A DNA stretch of 63,286 nucleotides, counting the filler, from Chiloscyllium plagiosum (Eukaryota): NCBI RefSeq assembly GCF_004010195.1. It is 6 parts of one record of this genome, joined end to end, with 100 filler letters (N's around TTAATTAATTAA, not from the genome) between each part and the next. Parts side by side here need not be neighbours in the genome. Positions count along the whole stretch, not along the records: positions 57,763 to 63,286 come from NC_057717.1; 5 more parts are not named here. One strand, given 5' to 3'. The translations under genes and the position numbers were made by a program. This document shows, in pieces, positions 61,130 through 63,286 of the stretch (its first letter is position 1; each line of letters starts with the position of its first letter). The notes beneath the pieces were generated by a model. That model searched no databases and was not told the origin of the DNA. It saw nothing but the letters and a program-made list of their open reading frames with translations.

Positions 61130-62290
61130 ACTTTCCGACACAAGACCTTAGCCGTGAATCTTAATGCATTTGAAGTGCACAACCGTGTCGTTTCTAATGG
61201 TTTGAGGTTACCATGACAACTCCAGTCTCAAGAAGTGCATTCCAGACCCCAACACGCTCTGGTTGAAAAACAATTCTCAAATCTTCACTAAACCGTAAAT
61301 CCTTCACTTTTAAAGTGTGGCCCTTTGAGTAACAGCAACAGCTGCTGTCTATCCACCCTGTCCATGTACCTCGTAATCATGTCCTTCTGAATCACAGACC
61401 TCGCAGCCTTCTCTCCTCCAAACTTAACAACCTGAAGTTATCCAGCCCCTCTCCATAGCTGATATGCTCCATCCCAGGGAACATCTCTGCACCCCCTCCA
61501 CTCCAATCACATCCTTCCTGTAATGTTGTTCCCAGACCTACACACAGTATTCCATCTTGCCCTCACCAAAGTTCCCATTGTTCTTATAATCTATGCCTCG
61601 ATTAATATAGGCTATGTTTACATTCCCCTAGCCTTTCCCAGATTGTGTATTTATCTGTGCAGTCACATTCAGCGATGTCTGGAGAAGCACCCTCTGAGCT
61701 TTCTAGTGTGCTGCCATTCATTGAGTACTCCCCTGACTGGTTCCTTCTTCCAAAGTGCATCACCTCATATTTATAAGGGTTGCATTCCATCTGCCATTGA
61801 TCCACCCATCCGACCAATCCATCAGTATCTACCTGTAACATAAGGCCTTCCTCCTCACTGCCAACCACCCGGCCAATCTTTGTATCAAATACAAACTTAT
61901 CTATTACACACCCCACCCCTCATCCATATTCACAGCTGCATCATTTATGAATACCACAAATAATAAGGATAAAAATCTCTCAACATCAGTTACACCACGT
62001 GGTTGTGCACTTTGATGAAGAAGCTGCGTTTCGAAAGCTCGTGCTGCCGAATAAACCTGTTAGACTATGGTCTGGTGTTATGCTATTTTTAGATTTGTCC
62101 ATCGCAGCCCAACACTAGCACCTCCGAATCACAAATATTAAGGGACCCAGCACTGATGTCCGTAGTACAGCATTGGACATTAGCCTCCAGGCACAGAAAC
62201 AGCCTTCTACCACTCCCCTCTTTCTCCTTCTACTAAAGTTGATTCAGATGCAACTTGGCAAGTCACTAATGAGTCCTACGTGTTCACTGG
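61130..62290 (-). mobile_element. Decayed CR1 3' half with a Penelope-type insert (61969-62129; flanks CACAAATAATAAGG / CACAAATATTAAGG)
   Basis: KFVFDTKIGRVV...WVDQWQMECNPYKYEVMHFGR. The insert has TGATGAAGAAGC...CGAAAGCTCGTGCT...AATAAACCTGTT. Confidence 0.8.
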
Positions 62291-62347
62291 TTGTTCTGTT
62301 CTGCTTGACACACTTGTAGGTTATCTGGGGATTCTCTGTAATCTTGT

Positions 62348-63286
62348 CCATAAGGCCATAAGACCATAAGACATAGGAGCAGAAGTAAGGCCATTCGGCC
62401 CATCGATTCCACTCTGCCATTCAATCATGGCTCATGGGCATTTCAACTCCACTTACCCGCATTCTCTCCGTAACCCTTAATTCCTTGTGACATCAAGAAT
62501 TTATCAATCTCTGCCTTGAAGACATTTAGAGTCCCGGCCTCCACTGCACTCTGCGGCAATGAATTCCACAGGCCCACCACTCTCTGGCTGAAGAAATGTC
62601 TCCGCATTTCTGTTCTGAATTTACCCTCTCTAATTCTAAGGCTGTGTCCCCGGGTCCTAGTGTCCTCGTCTAACGGAAATAATTTCCTAGCGTCCACCTT
62701 TTCCAAGCCATGTTTATCTTGTAAGTTTCTATTAGATCTCACCTTAATCTTCAAAACTCCAATGAATACAATCCCAGGATCCTGAGCCGTTCCTCATATG
62801 TTAGACCGACCATTCCAGGGATCATCCGTGTGAATCTCCGCTGGACATGCACCAGTGCCAGTATGTCCTTGTGGGGACCAAAACTGGACACAGTACTCCA
62901 AATGGGGCCTAACCAGAACTTTATAAAGTCTCAGTAGCACAACGGTGCTTTTATATTCCAACCCTCTTGAGATAAATGACAACATTGCATTCGCTTTCTT
63001 AATCACGGACTCAACCTGCACGTTTACCTTTAGAGAATCCTCAACTAGCACTCCCAGATCCCTCTGTACTTTGGCTTTACAAATTTTCTCACCGTTTAGA
63101 AAGTAGCCCATGCTTGTATTCTTTTTTCCAAAGTGCAAGACCTCGCATTTGCCCACATTGAATTCCATCAGCCATTTCCTGGACAACTCTCCCAAACTGT
63201 CTAGATCCTTCTGCAGCCTCCCCACTTCCTCAGCACTACCTGCCTATCCACCTAACTTTGTATCATCGGCAAACTTCGCTAGAATG
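62348..63286 (-). mobile_element. Relatively young CR1 3' portion with (TCTTATGG)n tail; runs off the window
   Basis: AKFADDTK, RLQKDLDSL...WLMEFNVGKCEVLHFG...LVRPHLEYCVQFWSP, RHFFSQRVVGLWNSLP. Confidence 0.93.

Overview
This is vertebrate DNA. The repeat families (CR1/HER1-type LINEs, HE1-type tRNA-SINEs, Penelope-type palindromic fragments) point to a shark or other cartilaginous fish, which is an inference. The window is a draft scaffold of six contigs joined by artificial 100-nt N-TTAATTAATTAA-N spacers, plus two 500-N gaps. It holds a cluster of GPR139/GPR142-like class A orphan GPCR sequences: one intact two-exon gene (44250-45998, minus, 334 aa); three closely related exon-2 copies (8454-9185 +, 22654-23161 +, 28556-29188 -), each cut by a spacer; and a disabled exon 1 whose N-terminus is built from a 42-bp repeat (866-1337, minus). 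The three related copies sit in a ~14-kb amplified module. In order, the module is a 65-bp satellite array, a LINE/SINE spacer, GPCR exon 2, a polyA signal, and a 71-bp repeat carrying CTCF-like motifs. Copies 2 and 3 form a large convergent inverted repeat that encloses a ~1.1-kb fold-back palindrome. An older paralogous block (4825-8120) keeps the satellite as only ~3 degenerate units. No exon 1 is visible upstream of copy 3. Several dispersed Penelope-type fragments carry minimal hammerhead-ribozyme cores. The right third of the window is mostly decayed and nested CR1 LINEs.
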